From: an uncultured Acidobacteriota bacterium
Lineage (GTDB): Bacteria; Acidobacteriota; UBA6911
DNA: 64,000 nt
Assembly: GCA_963827655.1 (NCBI GenBank)
Contig: CAWHCF010000052.1
Span: forward strand, 96,001-160,000
Direction: 5' to 3'
The notes under the pieces were generated by a model. The model saw only the letters and a program-made list of their open reading frames with translations, searched no databases and was not told the origin of the DNA. Positions 29,500 through 41,159 of this stretch are shown one piece after another. Position numbers and translations under genes: made by a program. Positions within the stretch are counted from its first letter, which is position 1, and every line of letters starts with the position of its first letter.

Positions 29500-31591
29500 A
29501 TGTCCCGCGCAGAAGAACCTTTGATGACGCTTGCCACCTTCCTAGTCCTGACTCTGTCCCTGGTCCTGGCTGCACCTTCGGCTGAAGCCCAGGACATGAA
29601 AAATTTTAGCCGGATCGTCCGGCTCTCGTACGTCGAGGGGCACGTCAGTTTCCAGCATTCGAGCGACGTCGACTGGACCGCAGCCAGCGTTAATCTGGCC
29701 CTCCAGGCGGGGGATCGAATCTACACGGGAGAAGATGGCAGGGCAGAGATTGAGTTCGACGATGGGTCGGTCTTGAGGTTGGCTGAAAAAAGCGACGTCG
29801 AAATCCTCGCCCTGAAAGATGACTTCATCCAGTTCAGGATCTTGCTCGGACTATCTACTTTGACGGTCGGGAGCAGCCTAGGTTTTGAGATTAACACGCC
29901 CGCGGCTGCTTTCAACACCCTCCGAAAAGGCGTCTACCGGTTTGACGTCCACGAAAATGGGGATAGCGACGGGATCGTTCGCAAGGGTCTCATGGAAGCG
30001 GCAAACAACAGCTTCACTGAGCGCCTGGATTCGGGTGAACTGGTCCACGTGAGCCCCGGCGATCAGGACACGCACGTCCTGTCGCGCTACACCGATAGGG
30101 ATGCCTGGGATGAATGGACCGACCGCCGAATTGCCGACGCGGTGGCCTATGACAGCAGAAAGTACGTTCCAGATTATGTTCATCCAGGCGTTCGCGAGCT
30201 CGACCGACATGGGCGCTGGACTGTGATTGACGAGTATGGTCCGGCATGGGTTCCGCAATCTGTGACCCCGGGATGGGCTCCCTACGTGGATGGGCGCTGG
30301 TGCTTTCGTCCGAATTGGGGATGGACCTGGGTATCATACGAACCCTGGGGTTGGCTCCCCTATCACTATGGCCGCTGGTTCCACAGTGTCAGCTCGGGTT
30401 GGTGCTGGATCCCCGGCCCTTCTTTCGGGTTCCACTTCTGGTCTCCAGGCCTGGTGCGTTTTTATCAGGGACCGACATCGGTCTCGTGGTGTCCGCTCGG
30501 ACCTGGCGACTACTATAACGTCAATAACTTTTACTACAATCCGGCGTACCGCTATCGTCTCAACCACCTGAGGCTGGTTCAGCGGCGCGGGCCCGACGAT
30601 TTGATCAACCGCAATGTACCCGGTGCGTTCCAGACCCTCAGAACCGAACAGTTCACGAATGGAGAGCGCGGCCTCAGAACCCGAACTCTTCCGCCCGAGG
30701 GTTTCGAACGTCCCTGGCAGCAGGGCCGATTGATCGCAGGTCAACCGGAAGTGAGGCCGACCGCGCACAGTTACGCTCCAGTTCCTGAGCGCGCAGCATT
30801 TCGCCCGCCGGCAGGTGGTAGCCGGCCGGTCGTCGTGCGCACAGAGCCCCCGGCTGTAACTGGAGGGTCGAATCGGTATGTGCGCATAGTAACCGCGGCG
30901 CCGATGCCGTTCATCCGGGGTGTGGAGCGGAATGACGCAACCCAAACCGCTGGAAGCCGCCGCACGCCTTCCAGCGGTGCGCACGGACCCGAAGCTTCTG
31001 CTTCGCCGCGCACGGGCGCCGAATCTGGAAATCGGTGGCGGCGGGAGGTCCAGTATCTGGAACCGGCGCGCTCCGAATAGTCCCGACCAGAGTGAGCGAA
31101 GCGGGGGGCGCATCTACCCGGCTCAACCGGGATTTGACGGACAAGACGGGCGCAAGGGAAGAGAAATGCCCGGAACGCCCGACGTCTCCCCCCAGTTGAC
31201 GCAGCCAGGAAGACCCTCCGAATCGCGGCGGTTTCAGAGCCGCGCAAGGGAACTGCCGGGATCCCGTCCGGATTACGGCTCGGCGCAACCATCGGAAATC
31301 CCGATTCCGCAGGCTCCTCGATACGAAAGGTCCGCACCGGAGATCACGCCTCGAGATACGAATCGCGCCCGTCCCGAATCGAGGGCGCGGCAGCCCGAGC
31401 CGGGAACGCCGCGTGATTTCGGGCATTCGCGCCCGCGGGGTGGCGACGGCGGACCTTCCAGCAGGGCGGGGTCCGCCCCCGCACACATACCGCGAGGTTC
31501 CATGGGCACCATGCGTCAGAGCGCTCCTCCTCCGGCAGCGCGGGGTGAACCTCGAGGTGGCGGCGGCACTCCACGCCGCCGTGACCAGTAA
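29500..31591 (+). CDS. FecR-domain / DUF6600-like secreted protein with Pro/Arg-rich tail (main ORF ends 31080; tail in +1 frame to 31591)
   Basis: Signal peptide, RLSYVEGHVS..GDRIYTG..RAEIEF (FecR), then W/Y/G/P-rich WAPY..GWTWVSYEPWGWLPYHYGRW. Confidence 0.8.
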
Positions 31592-31668
31592 GGACATCGA
31601 GTCTCTTGACGCCCTGGTTGTCGGCGCGGATTGACTCGCCCGCAGTGAAGACCTAGAATCCCCAAGCC

Positions 31669-33492
31669 ATGAATGAACTGCGCAGGCTCTTACCCTACGT
31701 CCAGCCCTACCTCGGATTGTTGAGCCTCTCACTTCTACTCCTGGTGTTCGCCGGCACTTTCGAGGTTCTGGTCACGGCTCTCGCCATTCCCCTGTTTGAT
31801 GACGTACTGGGGATGGGAACAGGGAATCCGCTTCACGGCAAGTTCGCATTCGTCCACCGTTACTTGTCCCTTCTGCCGGGAGACTCCATCACTCGCTTGG
31901 CGCTCGCGCTGCTGACCCTTACTCTGCTCAAGGGAGTCTGCGTCTACTTCTCCAATTCGTCGATGAACTATGTCGGACAAAGCGTGGTGATGGAACTGCG
32001 CAACAGACTCTACGGGCATGTTTTGGGACAGTCCGTAAGCTTTTTCTCTCTGAATTCGACAGGCCGCTTGATGTCGCGCATGAGCAGCGACGTCGAGCAG
32101 GTCCAGGAAGCGGTGTCTACCACGCTCGCCGAGCTCTTTCGCGAAGTGGTGCTTCTGGTTTTTTTGATCGCCTGGGTGTTCTACATCGACTGGAAGCTGG
32201 CCGCTATTGCGCTCACCATCGCGCCCGTCGCGCTGCTCGTGACCCTGACGATGGGAAGAAAGATCCGCCGCGCGAGCTGGAAGAGCCGCGAACGCATCGC
32301 CACGCTGAGCGATCTATTGCAGCAGACACTGACCGGAGTCCGGATAGTAAAGGCCTTTGGCATGGAAGCGCAGGAAGAGAACCGTTTTCGACAAGCCGCC
32401 GCCCGCCTGTTTCGCATTAACTTGAAGGCCGCGCGGATCATGTTCTTGAATTCGCCCGCGATGGAATTCCTGGGCGTCGCCTGTTTTATTCCCCTGCTTT
32501 ACTACGCCCATCACCGGATTGCAGAAGGCACGCTGACCCTCGGGGTTTTTAGCGGCTCTCTCTTCTCACTCTTTCGCATGTACGATCCAATCCGGAAACT
32601 GAGCCGGATTCACGTGCAATTCCAGCGCGTATTTGCCTCCACTTCGCGCATCTTCGAGTTGCTCGATACCCATCTCGAGATCCAGGACCGCCCGTCGGCG
32701 CGCACCCTCGAAGGCGTTCAAGGACGAATTGAATTTCGGGATGTTTGTTTCAATTACAACGATGCCAGCGGTCACGCCCGCATATTGAAGAATATCAACC
32801 TCGAGGTCGAGCGCGGGCAGGTGGTGGCGCTGGTAGGCAGCAGCGGGGCAGGCAAATCCACCCTCGTCAGCCTGATCCCGCGTTTTTATGAGATCTCGGC
32901 GGGATCGATTTGCATCGACGGCACCGACATTCGCGACTTCTCGCAGCATTCGCTGCGGAAAAACATAGCCATCGTCACGCAGGAGACTTTCCTCTTCAAC
33001 GATACGATCCGGAACAACATTACCTATGGCAGCGCGAACTCCACTGACGAACTTATTGAACAGGCGGCCCGCGCCGCTCTGGCTCACGAGTTCATCCTGC
33101 AGTTTCCTCTGAAATACGACACCCTGGTTGGAGAGCGGGGCCAGCGCCTTTCGGGGGGGGAACGTCAACGCATTGCCATAGCCCGTGCCATCCTGAAGAA
33201 CGCGCCCGTACTGGTTCTCGACGAAGCCACGTCTGCGCTCGACTCCGAATCAGAGAAACTGGTTCAGCAGGCGCTGGCGAATCTGATGCAGGATCGCACG
33301 ACCTTCATCATCGCGCACCGTTTTTCTACCATCCGGCGCGCAGACATCATCGTTGTACTCGAGGACGGGCGGATCCACGAAACGGGAACCCACGAGGAGC
33401 TCATGGCGCAGGACGGACTCTACCGGCGACTCTTCAAGTTGCAGAGCGACGAGAGCTTCGTCCCTCGCCGCCAGCTTACCCGCACTTCGTAA
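31669..33492 (+). CDS. msbA: MsbA-like ABC transporter (permease+ATPase)
   Basis: TM domain, GSSGAGKST, LSGGERQRIAIARA, DEATSALD, IAHR. Confidence 0.8.
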   Translation: MNELRRLLPYVQPYLGLLSLSLLLLVFAGTFEVLVTALAIPLFDDVLGMGTGNPLHGKFAFVHRYLSLLPGDSITRLALALLTLTLLKGVCVYFSNSSMNYVGQSVVMELRNRLYGHVLGQSVSFFSLNSTGRLMSRMSSDVEQVQEAVSTTLAELFREVVLLVFLIAWVFYIDWKLAAIALTIAPVALLVTLTMGRKIRRASWKSRERIATLSDLLQQTLTGVRIVKAFGMEAQEENRFRQAAARLFRINLKAARIMFLNSPAMEFLGVACFIPLLYYAHHRIAEGTLTLGVFSGSLFSLFRMYDPIRKLSRIHVQFQRVFASTSRIFELLDTHLEIQDRPSARTLEGVQGRIEFRDVCFNYNDASGHARILKNINLEVERGQVVALVGSSGAGKSTLVSLIPRFYEISAGSICIDGTDIRDFSQHSLRKNIAIVTQETFLFNDTIRNNITYGSANSTDELIEQAARAALAHEFILQFPLKYDTLVGERGQRLSGGERQRIAIARAILKNAPVLVLDEATSALDSESEKLVQQALANLMQDRTTFIIAHRFSTIRRADIIVVLEDGRIHETGTHEELMAQDGLYRRLFKLQSDESFVPRRQLTRTS

Positions 33493-33642
33493 CTCCATTC
33501 TGATCGCGTCTCCGGGGTGGGCGGGCAAAGACAATCAACCGTCTGGACACGAAGACGCACCCGACGCAGTGGTTGTCCTTGACGCGGCTTCAGGCCACGG
33601 GTAAGATTATTGGATTTCGGTATTGTGAGGCTTCGGCGATAG

Positions 33643-34530
33643 ATGGTTCGAAGCATGACCGGTTACGGCACCGGGTCTTGCCAGACGGACAACTTATCGG
33701 TGGTAGTGGAGGCTCGGGCCGTCAATCACCGATTCTTCGATCTCCACTTACGAATACCCAGAGAGTATCTCTTCCTTGAACCCGAGGTTCAACAACTCGT
33801 GCGCGGTTTGGTGCGGCGCGGACGCGTTGAGCTTAACGTCGGAATCCAGGCATCCCGCCGCGGGGATTCGCCGGTAGATCTGGACGCGGCCCGCACGTAC
33901 ATGGAAGCAGCCGCGAGACTGCGTGAGGAATTGCACGTCGACGATTCACTTGATCTAAAAACCCTTCTCGGCTTGCCCGGAGTGGTTTCCAACCGGGACC
34001 TCCGATCGCTTCCCGCCGTGGAGGCAACCGCAGCCGCCGCCGAACTCGTCGTGCAAAGCGTGCGCCAGGCTCTTGAGGGAGTGATCAGAATGCGCGAACT
34101 GGAAGGGGAAGCTCTCCGGAAAGATCTCGGGCAGCGACTGGAAGACATAGCTCAAAATGCGAAACAGATTCGCGCCCTGGCCCCTCAGGTCGCCATCGAC
34201 TACCGGCAAAGACTCACCGCACGGCTGGCGCAAATCGTTCCGCAGGACGGCGTCGATGCCCAACGACTGGCGCAGGAAGTCGCGCTCGTCGCAGAACGCT
34301 GCGACGTCTCAGAGGAGCTTACCAGGCTGGAGAGCCACCTGGACCAGTTTTCAGACTGGATGACATCTCCGAACGAGGTTGGGAAAAGAATGGATTTCTT
34401 GCTGCAAGAGATGCAGCGGGAGGCAAACACCATACTCTCCAAGACAGCGCATCTTGAGATTACGCGGGCGGGCGTCGCCATCAAGGTGGAAATCGAAAAA
34501 CTACGGGAACAGGTCCAAAACGTCGAGTGA
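33643..34530 (+). CDS. yicC: YicC/YloC family endoribonuclease
   Basis: SMTGYG, AVNHRF, EELTRL..H, QEMQREANT, IEKLREQVQNVE; upstream of gmk. Confidence 0.94.
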   Translation: MVRSMTGYGTGSCQTDNLSVVVEARAVNHRFFDLHLRIPREYLFLEPEVQQLVRGLVRRGRVELNVGIQASRRGDSPVDLDAARTYMEAAARLREELHVDDSLDLKTLLGLPGVVSNRDLRSLPAVEATAAAAELVVQSVRQALEGVIRMRELEGEALRKDLGQRLEDIAQNAKQIRALAPQVAIDYRQRLTARLAQIVPQDGVDAQRLAQEVALVAERCDVSEELTRLESHLDQFSDWMTSPNEVGKRMDFLLQEMQREANTILSKTAHLEITRAGVAIKVEIEKLREQVQNVE

Positions 34531-34531
34531 T

Positions 34532-35167
34532 ATGGCCCACCATGGGAATCTGTTCATAGTCTCAGGGCCATCGGGAGCCGGCAAGTCAGTTCTTGCCGCA
34601 TGCCTGCTCAAACAGGTTCCCGGACTTCGGTTTTCGATTTCGTACACCACGCGGCCCCCTCGGGGTAGTGAGAAAAATGGCGTTGAATATTATTTCGTCG
34701 ACCGGGCGCAGTTTGAGGCTCTAAGGCGCAGTGGCGAGCTTCTCGAGTGGGCCGAAGTCTATGGCAACTACTACGGTACGTCGAGAAGATTGGTTGACGA
34801 GATTCTGTCTGAGGGAGACGACCTCTTGCTGGACGTTGATGTACAAGGCGCTCAAACCATCCGCCAGGGGCGCTCGGAGGCCATAGGCATTTTCATCATG
34901 CCTCCCTCGTTTCAGGTCCTCCGCCAGCGCCTCGAAAGCCGCCGGCTCGATAAGGACTACGTCATCGAGCAGCGCCTGCAAATCGCATTTAATGAAATCA
35001 AGCAGTACAAGAATTACGATTTCTTGATCATCAACGAAGAACTAGGTAAATCCATCGAGGAATTGAGGTCCATTGTTGTCAGCTCCCGATGTCGCATGAG
35101 CCGGCGAGCAGAACCGGCAAGGTCGATTGTAGCCACTTTTGGAGGATTGGATGCAGAAGATCCCTGA
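34532..35167 (+). CDS. gmk: Guanylate kinase
   Basis: GPSGAGKS, SYTTRPPR, YYGT, DVDVQGA. Confidence 0.96.
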   Translation: MAHHGNLFIVSGPSGAGKSVLAACLLKQVPGLRFSISYTTRPPRGSEKNGVEYYFVDRAQFEALRRSGELLEWAEVYGNYYGTSRRLVDEILSEGDDLLLDVDVQGAQTIRQGRSEAIGIFIMPPSFQVLRQRLESRRLDKDYVIEQRLQIAFNEIKQYKNYDFLIINEELGKSIEELRSIVVSSRCRMSRRAEPARSIVATFGGLDAEDP

Positions 35168-35354
35168 GACTGTAGGATCAAAATACCGCTTCATCATAAT
35201 TGCCGCAGAGAGGGCCAAGCAGCTACAGAATAACGCGAAGCCGAAGATCAAAACCAGGTCAACCAAACCGGCGCACGTTGCGATGCAGGAAGTGGAGCAG
35301 GGACTCATCGGTTTCGAAATTTCACATCCGGAGCAGCCTAAAGGGGAATCGTGA
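35151..35354 (+). CDS. rpoZ: RNA polymerase omega subunit
   Basis: SKYRFIIIAAERAKQL..KPAHVAMQEV; gmk-rpoZ-coaBC synteny. Confidence 0.94.
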   Translation: MQKIPETVGSKYRFIIIAAERAKQLQNNAKPKIKTRSTKPAHVAMQEVEQGLIGFEISHPEQPKGES

Positions 35355-36553
35355 AGGTAGCCCTGGGAATCACCGGGTGCATCGCCGCCTACAAGGCGAT
35401 CGAAGTCATGCGCGGGCTGCAAAAGGCCGGCCTGTCCGTCCAGGTGGTGCTCACGCGGTCGGCGCTGAAGTTTGTTGCGCCTCTAACCTTCGAGTCGCTC
35501 TCCGGTCGACGAGTCATTACCGGCATGTTCCGGCCCGGAGACAACTCCCGGATCGAGCACATCCGAGTGGCTCAGGAAATCCAGCTGCTCGCGGTGGTGC
35601 CGGCTACAGCGAACGTTCTCGCCAAGTTTGCGTCCGGGATTGCCGACGATTTTCTCACGACACTCTACCTCTCCACGCCGGCCCCGGTGTTGCTGGCGCC
35701 GGCCATGAACGTGGAGATGTGGAATCACCCCGCCGTCCGGGCCAGCGTCGATACGCTGAACTCGCGCGGTCACACCTTCGTCAACCCCGAACCCGGGATG
35801 CTGGCCTGCGGTATGGAGGGGGAAGGCCGTCTGGCAGAGACTGACACGATTGTGTCGGAAATATTGGCTCTGGTTCGCCGCGGAGATTCACTCGCGGGTT
35901 TGAAGGTCCTGGTTACCGCCGGCCCCACCGTGGAAGACATCGATCCGGTCCGGTTTATTTCCAATCGAAGTTCCGGAAAAACGGGGTATGCCCTGGCTCA
36001 GGCCGCCCGCCTTAGGGGAGCCCAGGTCTTTTTGATATCCGGCCCCACCCATTTGACTTGTCCCTCAGGCGTGCAGTCGATCCGCGTCCGTGGCGCGGCG
36101 GAAATGAAGGACGCCGTGCTTCGTCTTTATCCCGAGATGGATATCGTAGTAAAGGCAGCGGCAGTCACTGATTACCGTCCGGCACAGTTCCACACAAACA
36201 AGGTAAAGAAGAGCGCGACTCCAACCTCTCTTCCGCTCGCTCCAACCGAGGACATACTGGCAGCGCTCGGCAAGGCGAAAGACCATCAAATATTGATCGG
36301 ATTTGCGGCCGAAACCCAGGATCTCATGGCCAATGCGCGCGACAAAATGCTTCGCAAGAACCTGGACTTGATTGTGGCCAATGATGTCTCCCGCGGAGTT
36401 TTCGGCGAAGATACCGCGACCGTTCATATCCTGACCGGCACGGGCGATGTGGTGACCCTGAATCAAGAGTCCAAGCTCTCCATCGCTCATCGACTCCTCG
36501 ATATGGCCCTGACCGCATTGGAGAATCGAAAGAGCCAGCAGGTGCCCGGCTAA
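35351..36553 (+). CDS. coaBC: Bifunctional phosphopantothenoylcysteine decarboxylase/ligase
   Basis: GITGCIAAYK, PAMNVEM, LACG, VTAGPT.E.IDPVRFISNRSSGK, GFAAET. Confidence 0.97.
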   Translation: MKVALGITGCIAAYKAIEVMRGLQKAGLSVQVVLTRSALKFVAPLTFESLSGRRVITGMFRPGDNSRIEHIRVAQEIQLLAVVPATANVLAKFASGIADDFLTTLYLSTPAPVLLAPAMNVEMWNHPAVRASVDTLNSRGHTFVNPEPGMLACGMEGEGRLAETDTIVSEILALVRRGDSLAGLKVLVTAGPTVEDIDPVRFISNRSSGKTGYALAQAARLRGAQVFLISGPTHLTCPSGVQSIRVRGAAEMKDAVLRLYPEMDIVVKAAAVTDYRPAQFHTNKVKKSATPTSLPLAPTEDILAALGKAKDHQILIGFAAETQDLMANARDKMLRKNLDLIVANDVSRGVFGEDTATVHILTGTGDVVTLNQESKLSIAHRLLDMALTALENRKSQQVPG

Positions 36554-36565
36554 GGCGTCGGTCGA

Positions 36566-36626
36566 TTCTTGGTGTTTCTTCGTGTCTTTGTGTCCTAGTG
36601 GTATTGTTTGGCGGCTGCCACAAAGA
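36566..36626. repeat. 9-mer REP-like element, copy C (reverse orientation)
   Basis: Reverse complement reads GTGGCAGCCGCCAAACAATACCAC-TAGGACACAAAGACACGAAGAAACACC. Confidence 0.7.
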
Positions 36627-36648
36627 GCCCGAATCTCTTCTGCAGGAC

Positions 36649-37539
36649 ATGAAAAGCGGCACTGTTGTAATCATCGGACGTCCGAACTCAGGTAAATCCA
36701 CACTTCTTAACAGCCTCATCGGTCAAAAAGTCTCAATTGTGTCCGATAAGCCCCAGACCACCCGGCATCGTATCCTGGGCATCCTCACCGAGCCTCGCGG
36801 CCAGAGCGTATTCCTCGATACCCCTGGTATACATAAACCGGGTTATCGTATGAACCAGCGGATGATGAGATCGGTGGTGGACTCGCTGAAAAACGTCGAC
36901 CTGGTCCTTCTGGTCGTGGATGCCTCCATCTCCTTTGGCGCCGGCGAGCGCTTTGTTCTGGACCTGGTGAAAAATGCCGGCCACAAGACTCTTCTGCTGC
37001 TGAACAAGATCGATCGAATCTCCAAGCCCCGCCTTCTCCCCATCATGCAGCGGTACAGCAATGAATTTGGCTTTCTCGAACTGATACCGCTGTCGGCTCT
37101 GACCCACGAGAATCTAGACCTGCTCATCGATAATATTTTCAAGTACCTTCCGGAGGGGCCGCCGCTGTTCGAGTCCGACCAATTCACGGATCGCACGGAA
37201 AGATTTCTCACGTCCGAGCTCATACGGGAGAAGATCCTGGCACGCACACGTGAGGAATTGCCCTACAGCACCGGAGTTGTGGTGCGAACCTTCGATGAAA
37301 GCAAGAGGGCGGGAAACGATCTCGTGCTCATCGGCGCGGACATTCTCGTTGAAAAAAAGTCGCAGCAGGGTATTATCGTCGGCAAGGGCGGGACTCTCCT
37401 GCGCGACATCGGAACCCTGGCCCGAAGAGACATCGAGCTGCTTCTCGGCTGCAGGGTGCACCTGGACCTGAGGGTCCGGACGATGAGCAAGTGGCGCAAC
37501 AACGATGTGGTCCTGGATGAGATGGAACTAGGAGGATGA
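36649..37539 (+). CDS. era: GTPase Era
   Basis: GRPNSGKST, PQTTR, DTPG, NKID, KH domain IIVGKGG. Confidence 0.96.
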   Translation: MKSGTVVIIGRPNSGKSTLLNSLIGQKVSIVSDKPQTTRHRILGILTEPRGQSVFLDTPGIHKPGYRMNQRMMRSVVDSLKNVDLVLLVVDASISFGAGERFVLDLVKNAGHKTLLLLNKIDRISKPRLLPIMQRYSNEFGFLELIPLSALTHENLDLLIDNIFKYLPEGPPLFESDQFTDRTERFLTSELIREKILARTREELPYSTGVVVRTFDESKRAGNDLVLIGADILVEKKSQQGIIVGKGGTLLRDIGTLARRDIELLLGCRVHLDLRVRTMSKWRNNDVVLDEMELGG

Positions 37540-38327
37540 CGGACGCAAGACGGCTCGCACAAGAGATACTGACCTACTTGCGCTTCTACCGAGACATCGG
37601 GATAGACTGGCTCCGGCCCGTCGCCTCGCCGGCCACGTCTCGCCCTGGCACGAGCATGAAAGTCGAGCCCGGAGTCCCTTCTTCCCCGCAGCCCGATCCG
37701 GTGAAATCTTCGAGCAGAATATTTTCACAACCGCGATCTATGTTCGAGACTATTGCCATGCCTGCCGAAAGCCTGGCGGCAATCCGTGACGATCTGGGCG
37801 AATGCCAGCGCTGCAAGCTGGCTCCGACGCGAAAAAACATTGTCTTTGGATCGGGGAATCCTCACGCCGACTTGATGTTCGTAGGCGAGGCCCCGGGGGC
37901 TGATGAAGATGAACAGGGATTGCCGTTCGTGGGTCGAGCGGGCCAGTTGCTGACCAAGATCATTGAAGCCATCGACCTGAAGAGGGACGACGTATACATC
38001 TGCAACATCCTGAAGTGCCGTCCTCCGGGTAATCGCAATCCCGAGGGCGACGAAGTAGCCTCATGCGAGCCTTTTCTCTTGCGACAAGTCGCTTCCGTGA
38101 AGCCCAAAGTAATTTGTGCGCTCGGCACCTTCGGCGCTCAAACGCTGCTGCGCACCAAAGAGCCAATCTCAAAGCTTCGCGGGCACTTGATCGATTTCCG
38201 CGGTGCCAAACTCATGGCTACCTTTCATCCCGCCTATCTCTTGAGGAATCCCAACGAGAAGCGTAAGGTCTGGGAAGACATCCAGAAAATCAGGGATTAC
38301 CTCAGGTCCTTACCTTCCGGCAAATGA
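37536..38327 (+). CDS. Uracil-DNA glycosylase family 4 (Fe-S)
   Basis: [34 protein letters not shown]. Confidence 0.93.
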   Translation: MTDARRLAQEILTYLRFYRDIGIDWLRPVASPATSRPGTSMKVEPGVPSSPQPDPVKSSSRIFSQPRSMFETIAMPAESLAAIRDDLGECQRCKLAPTRKNIVFGSGNPHADLMFVGEAPGADEDEQGLPFVGRAGQLLTKIIEAIDLKRDDVYICNILKCRPPGNRNPEGDEVASCEPFLLRQVASVKPKVICALGTFGAQTLLRTKEPISKLRGHLIDFRGAKLMATFHPAYLLRNPNEKRKVWEDIQKIRDYLRSLPSGK

Positions 38328-40783
38328 AATATGTGGACGTCGCGGTTCCCCTAGGAGTGCGGAAGACCTTCGCCTATTCCGTTCCGGCTCAGCTCCGCGA
38401 TCAAGCCGTGCGCGGCGTGCGCGTTCTCGTTCCCTTCGGACGCAAGATAATCACGGGCTTCGTCGTCGGCGCGTCGCCCCACCCTCCGGACGGAAACTTC
38501 AAAGTGCGGTCCATTCGCGACGTTTTGGATCCTGCGCCGATGATTCCGGCAGTCTTGGTGGAGACGGCGCTTTGGGTGGCTGAGCGCTATTTCACATCTC
38601 CCGGAGAAATACTGAAGGCCGCTCTTCCGGCAGGAAGCCAGATTACAGGCTCTCAGCAGATCCGCCTCACGCCTCGCGCCGAGAGATTGCTCGCCGGCGG
38701 ACTACGCCCCACTAGCCTGAGCTCCCAGGCCAACTCCATCCTGAATACTCTTTCGCATGAAGGACCCTTGACGCTGCCACAGCTTTCCCGACACGGCGGA
38801 GTGCGGGATGCGTCCCGCTGGTTGGGTTCTCTGGCGCAAGAGGGGTGGATCACAATCGAGGAGAAATTGCAGCGGCCGCGCGTGAGCGAGAAGGAACGGC
38901 TCGGAATCCGCGCGCTTGCGCCGGCAGGACAGAATCTCGAAAGCCTGACGCCCCTTCAGCGCGCGCTTTACTCGTTGCTGGAACCCGGAGGGAAGCCGGT
39001 TCCCTTGAAAGAAACGCTGCGCGCGACGCGGGCCTCGGGTTCGGTGGCTCAAGCTCTGGAGCGCAAAGGCCTGGCGGAGATCGCGCCGCTCAAGCTTCTC
39101 CGGATTCCTGTGGACATAGCGGAGGCGCCGGCGCCGGCCACCCATGATCTCACTGCAGTCCAGCAACAGATCTTCCACGAGCTGCGCGCGGGGCTGTCAC
39201 AAGGCGTGGCCACGCGATACTTGATTCATGGCGTGACCGGAAGCGGGAAGACGGAGATCTATCTGAAGCTGATCGCGGAAGTGCTCCGGCAGGGTCACGC
39301 ATCTATCCTCATGGTGCCTGAGATCGGGCTTACCCCGCTGCTCGCGCGCATTGCCACGTCTCATTTTCCGGATCAGGTAGCCCTCATGCACAGCGCGATG
39401 TCGCCCGGCGAGAGATTCGATCAATGGCATCGCATTCGATCCGGAGAAGCGCGAGTTGTGGTCGGAACTCGCTCCGCCGTATTCGCGCCGCTGCAAGACC
39501 TCCGCCTGATCATTGTCGACGAAGAGCAAGACGCTTCCTACAAGCAGGACGAGACTCCCGTCTATCACGCCCGTGAGGTTGCCTGGCACCGAATACAGCA
39601 GTCCTCGGGAGTGCTCCTCATGGGATCCGCCACTCCTTCGATCGAGACTTTTCATAGCGCTCGGAACACAAAGGAGATCCGATACCTGGCCCTCCCTGAG
39701 CGATTCCAGGCTCGGCCTCTCCCTCAGGTTACCCTGGTCGATATGGCGCTCGAATTCCAGCGCTATGGCAAGAACAGCGTGGTTTCCAAGACGCTGCAGC
39801 AAGAGTTGAAAGAGCGACTCCGGCTGGGTGAACAGTCCATTATCATGCTCAACCGGCGTGGGTACTCCACCATGTTGCTATGCCGCAGTTGTGGCCATAC
39901 TACTTCCTGCCCGGACTGCAGTATCTCGCTGACCTACCATCAGGAACAGAGGCGTCTCATCTGTCACTACTGCGGCATCGAACAGCGACCTCCGTCGGCC
40001 TGCACCAGTTGCGGAGGCGAATACATCTACTATGTCGGAGTGGGGAGCGAGCAGCTCGAAGAGGTGCTTCGATCCTTGTTCCCCGCGGCCCGTATCGCCC
40101 GCTTCGACCGGGATTCAACCCGGCGGCGCGGTGCCTTGCGCAAGATCCTGCTCGAGTTTGCCGATGGAAATTTAGACATCCTGGTCGGCACCCAGATGCT
40201 GGCGAAGGGGCATGACTTTCCCAACGTCACCCTGGTTGGGGTGATCGGATCCGATGCCGGGCTCGCCTTTCCGGACTTTCGCTCGGCCGAACGGACGTTT
40301 CAGCTCTTGACGCAGGTTGCCGGTCGATCCGGCCGTGGAGAGACACCCGGCCAGGTTGTAATCCAATCGTTCTATCCGAATCATTACGTTCTGAGATTCG
40401 CCCGGAACCAGGACTACACGGGCTTCTTCGAGCGCGAGATCGAATACCGCAAGCTTTTGGGCTATCCCCCGTTTGCTCGTCTCGCTCAGATTGTGGTCAG
40501 CAATGCCAGCCAGGTCGAAGCCTCGAAGGTGGGCCGAAAGATTGCGGCGGCCATCAAATCCCAGAGCCAGCGTCATGAACTCAACAGCCAGCTTCGCATC
40601 CTCGGGCCCGCCGTGGCTCCACTCGAGAAGCTACGCGGAAAATACCGCTACCAGGTGCTGCTCAAGAGTCCCCCGGGAACCGACCTGACGCCGGTTTTGC
40701 GCGACGCCTTCGCTGAGTTGGGAACTCACCGCGTTCCTCTAAAGGATGTCCGGGTGGACATCGATCCGCTCTCTCTTTTATGA
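38324..40783 (+). CDS. priA: Primosomal protein N' (replication restart helicase)
   Basis: GVTGSGKTE, DEEQD, SATPS, two CxxC zinc pairs, QVAGRSGR, DIDP. Confidence 0.97.
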   Translation: MKYVDVAVPLGVRKTFAYSVPAQLRDQAVRGVRVLVPFGRKIITGFVVGASPHPPDGNFKVRSIRDVLDPAPMIPAVLVETALWVAERYFTSPGEILKAALPAGSQITGSQQIRLTPRAERLLAGGLRPTSLSSQANSILNTLSHEGPLTLPQLSRHGGVRDASRWLGSLAQEGWITIEEKLQRPRVSEKERLGIRALAPAGQNLESLTPLQRALYSLLEPGGKPVPLKETLRATRASGSVAQALERKGLAEIAPLKLLRIPVDIAEAPAPATHDLTAVQQQIFHELRAGLSQGVATRYLIHGVTGSGKTEIYLKLIAEVLRQGHASILMVPEIGLTPLLARIATSHFPDQVALMHSAMSPGERFDQWHRIRSGEARVVVGTRSAVFAPLQDLRLIIVDEEQDASYKQDETPVYHAREVAWHRIQQSSGVLLMGSATPSIETFHSARNTKEIRYLALPERFQARPLPQVTLVDMALEFQRYGKNSVVSKTLQQELKERLRLGEQSIIMLNRRGYSTMLLCRSCGHTTSCPDCSISLTYHQEQRRLICHYCGIEQRPPSACTSCGGEYIYYVGVGSEQLEEVLRSLFPAARIARFDRDSTRRRGALRKILLEFADGNLDILVGTQMLAKGHDFPNVTLVGVIGSDAGLAFPDFRSAERTFQLLTQVAGRSGRGETPGQVVIQSFYPNHYVLRFARNQDYTGFFEREIEYRKLLGYPPFARLAQIVVSNASQVEASKVGRKIAAAIKSQSQRHELNSQLRILGPAVAPLEKLRGKYRYQVLLKSPPGTDLTPVLRDAFAELGTHRVPLKDVRVDIDPLSLL

Positions 40784-40805
40784 AGAGTCTATTTTCGTCC
40801 AGTTC

Positions 40806-40843
40806 TCTTGGTGTTCCTTCGTGTCTTCGTGGCTTTGTGGTTA
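40806..40843. repeat. 9-mer repeat half-element next to MITE copy 2
   Basis: CTTGGTGTTCCTTCGTGTCTTCGTGGCTTTGTGGTTAG. Confidence 0.6.
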
Positions 40844-40867
40844 GAAATTTTCTAACAAGTCCCACTA

Positions 40868-41099
40868 AGGGTTCGCGCAAAAATAACTTCGCATTCTGGC
40901 TGCGAGGTCAATCATGAACCGGTTTCTGTTAGCCAACCACGCTGAGGATCGCGCCCCGTTCGGGCGTGCGGCCCGACAGGCCCGCTGGCTTTGTTGCTCG
41001 CTCCTCACGTACCGCCCCGGGTACGCATCGTCGCTCGCGCCTCGCCAGCGGGCCTGGGGGCCTGCAGCCAGAATGCGAACTTATTTCTGCGCGAACCCT
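40868..41099. mobile_element. MITE copy 2 (inverted relative to copies 1 and 3)
   Basis: Same TIRs; flanked TAA-GGG...CCC-TAA, a possible 3-bp target duplication. Confidence 0.88.
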
Positions 41100-41159
41100 A
41101 AGACTCAAAGACGCGAAGGGCATTGTCTTGATACCTGAGGCTGTGTTATTGGGTTTCTT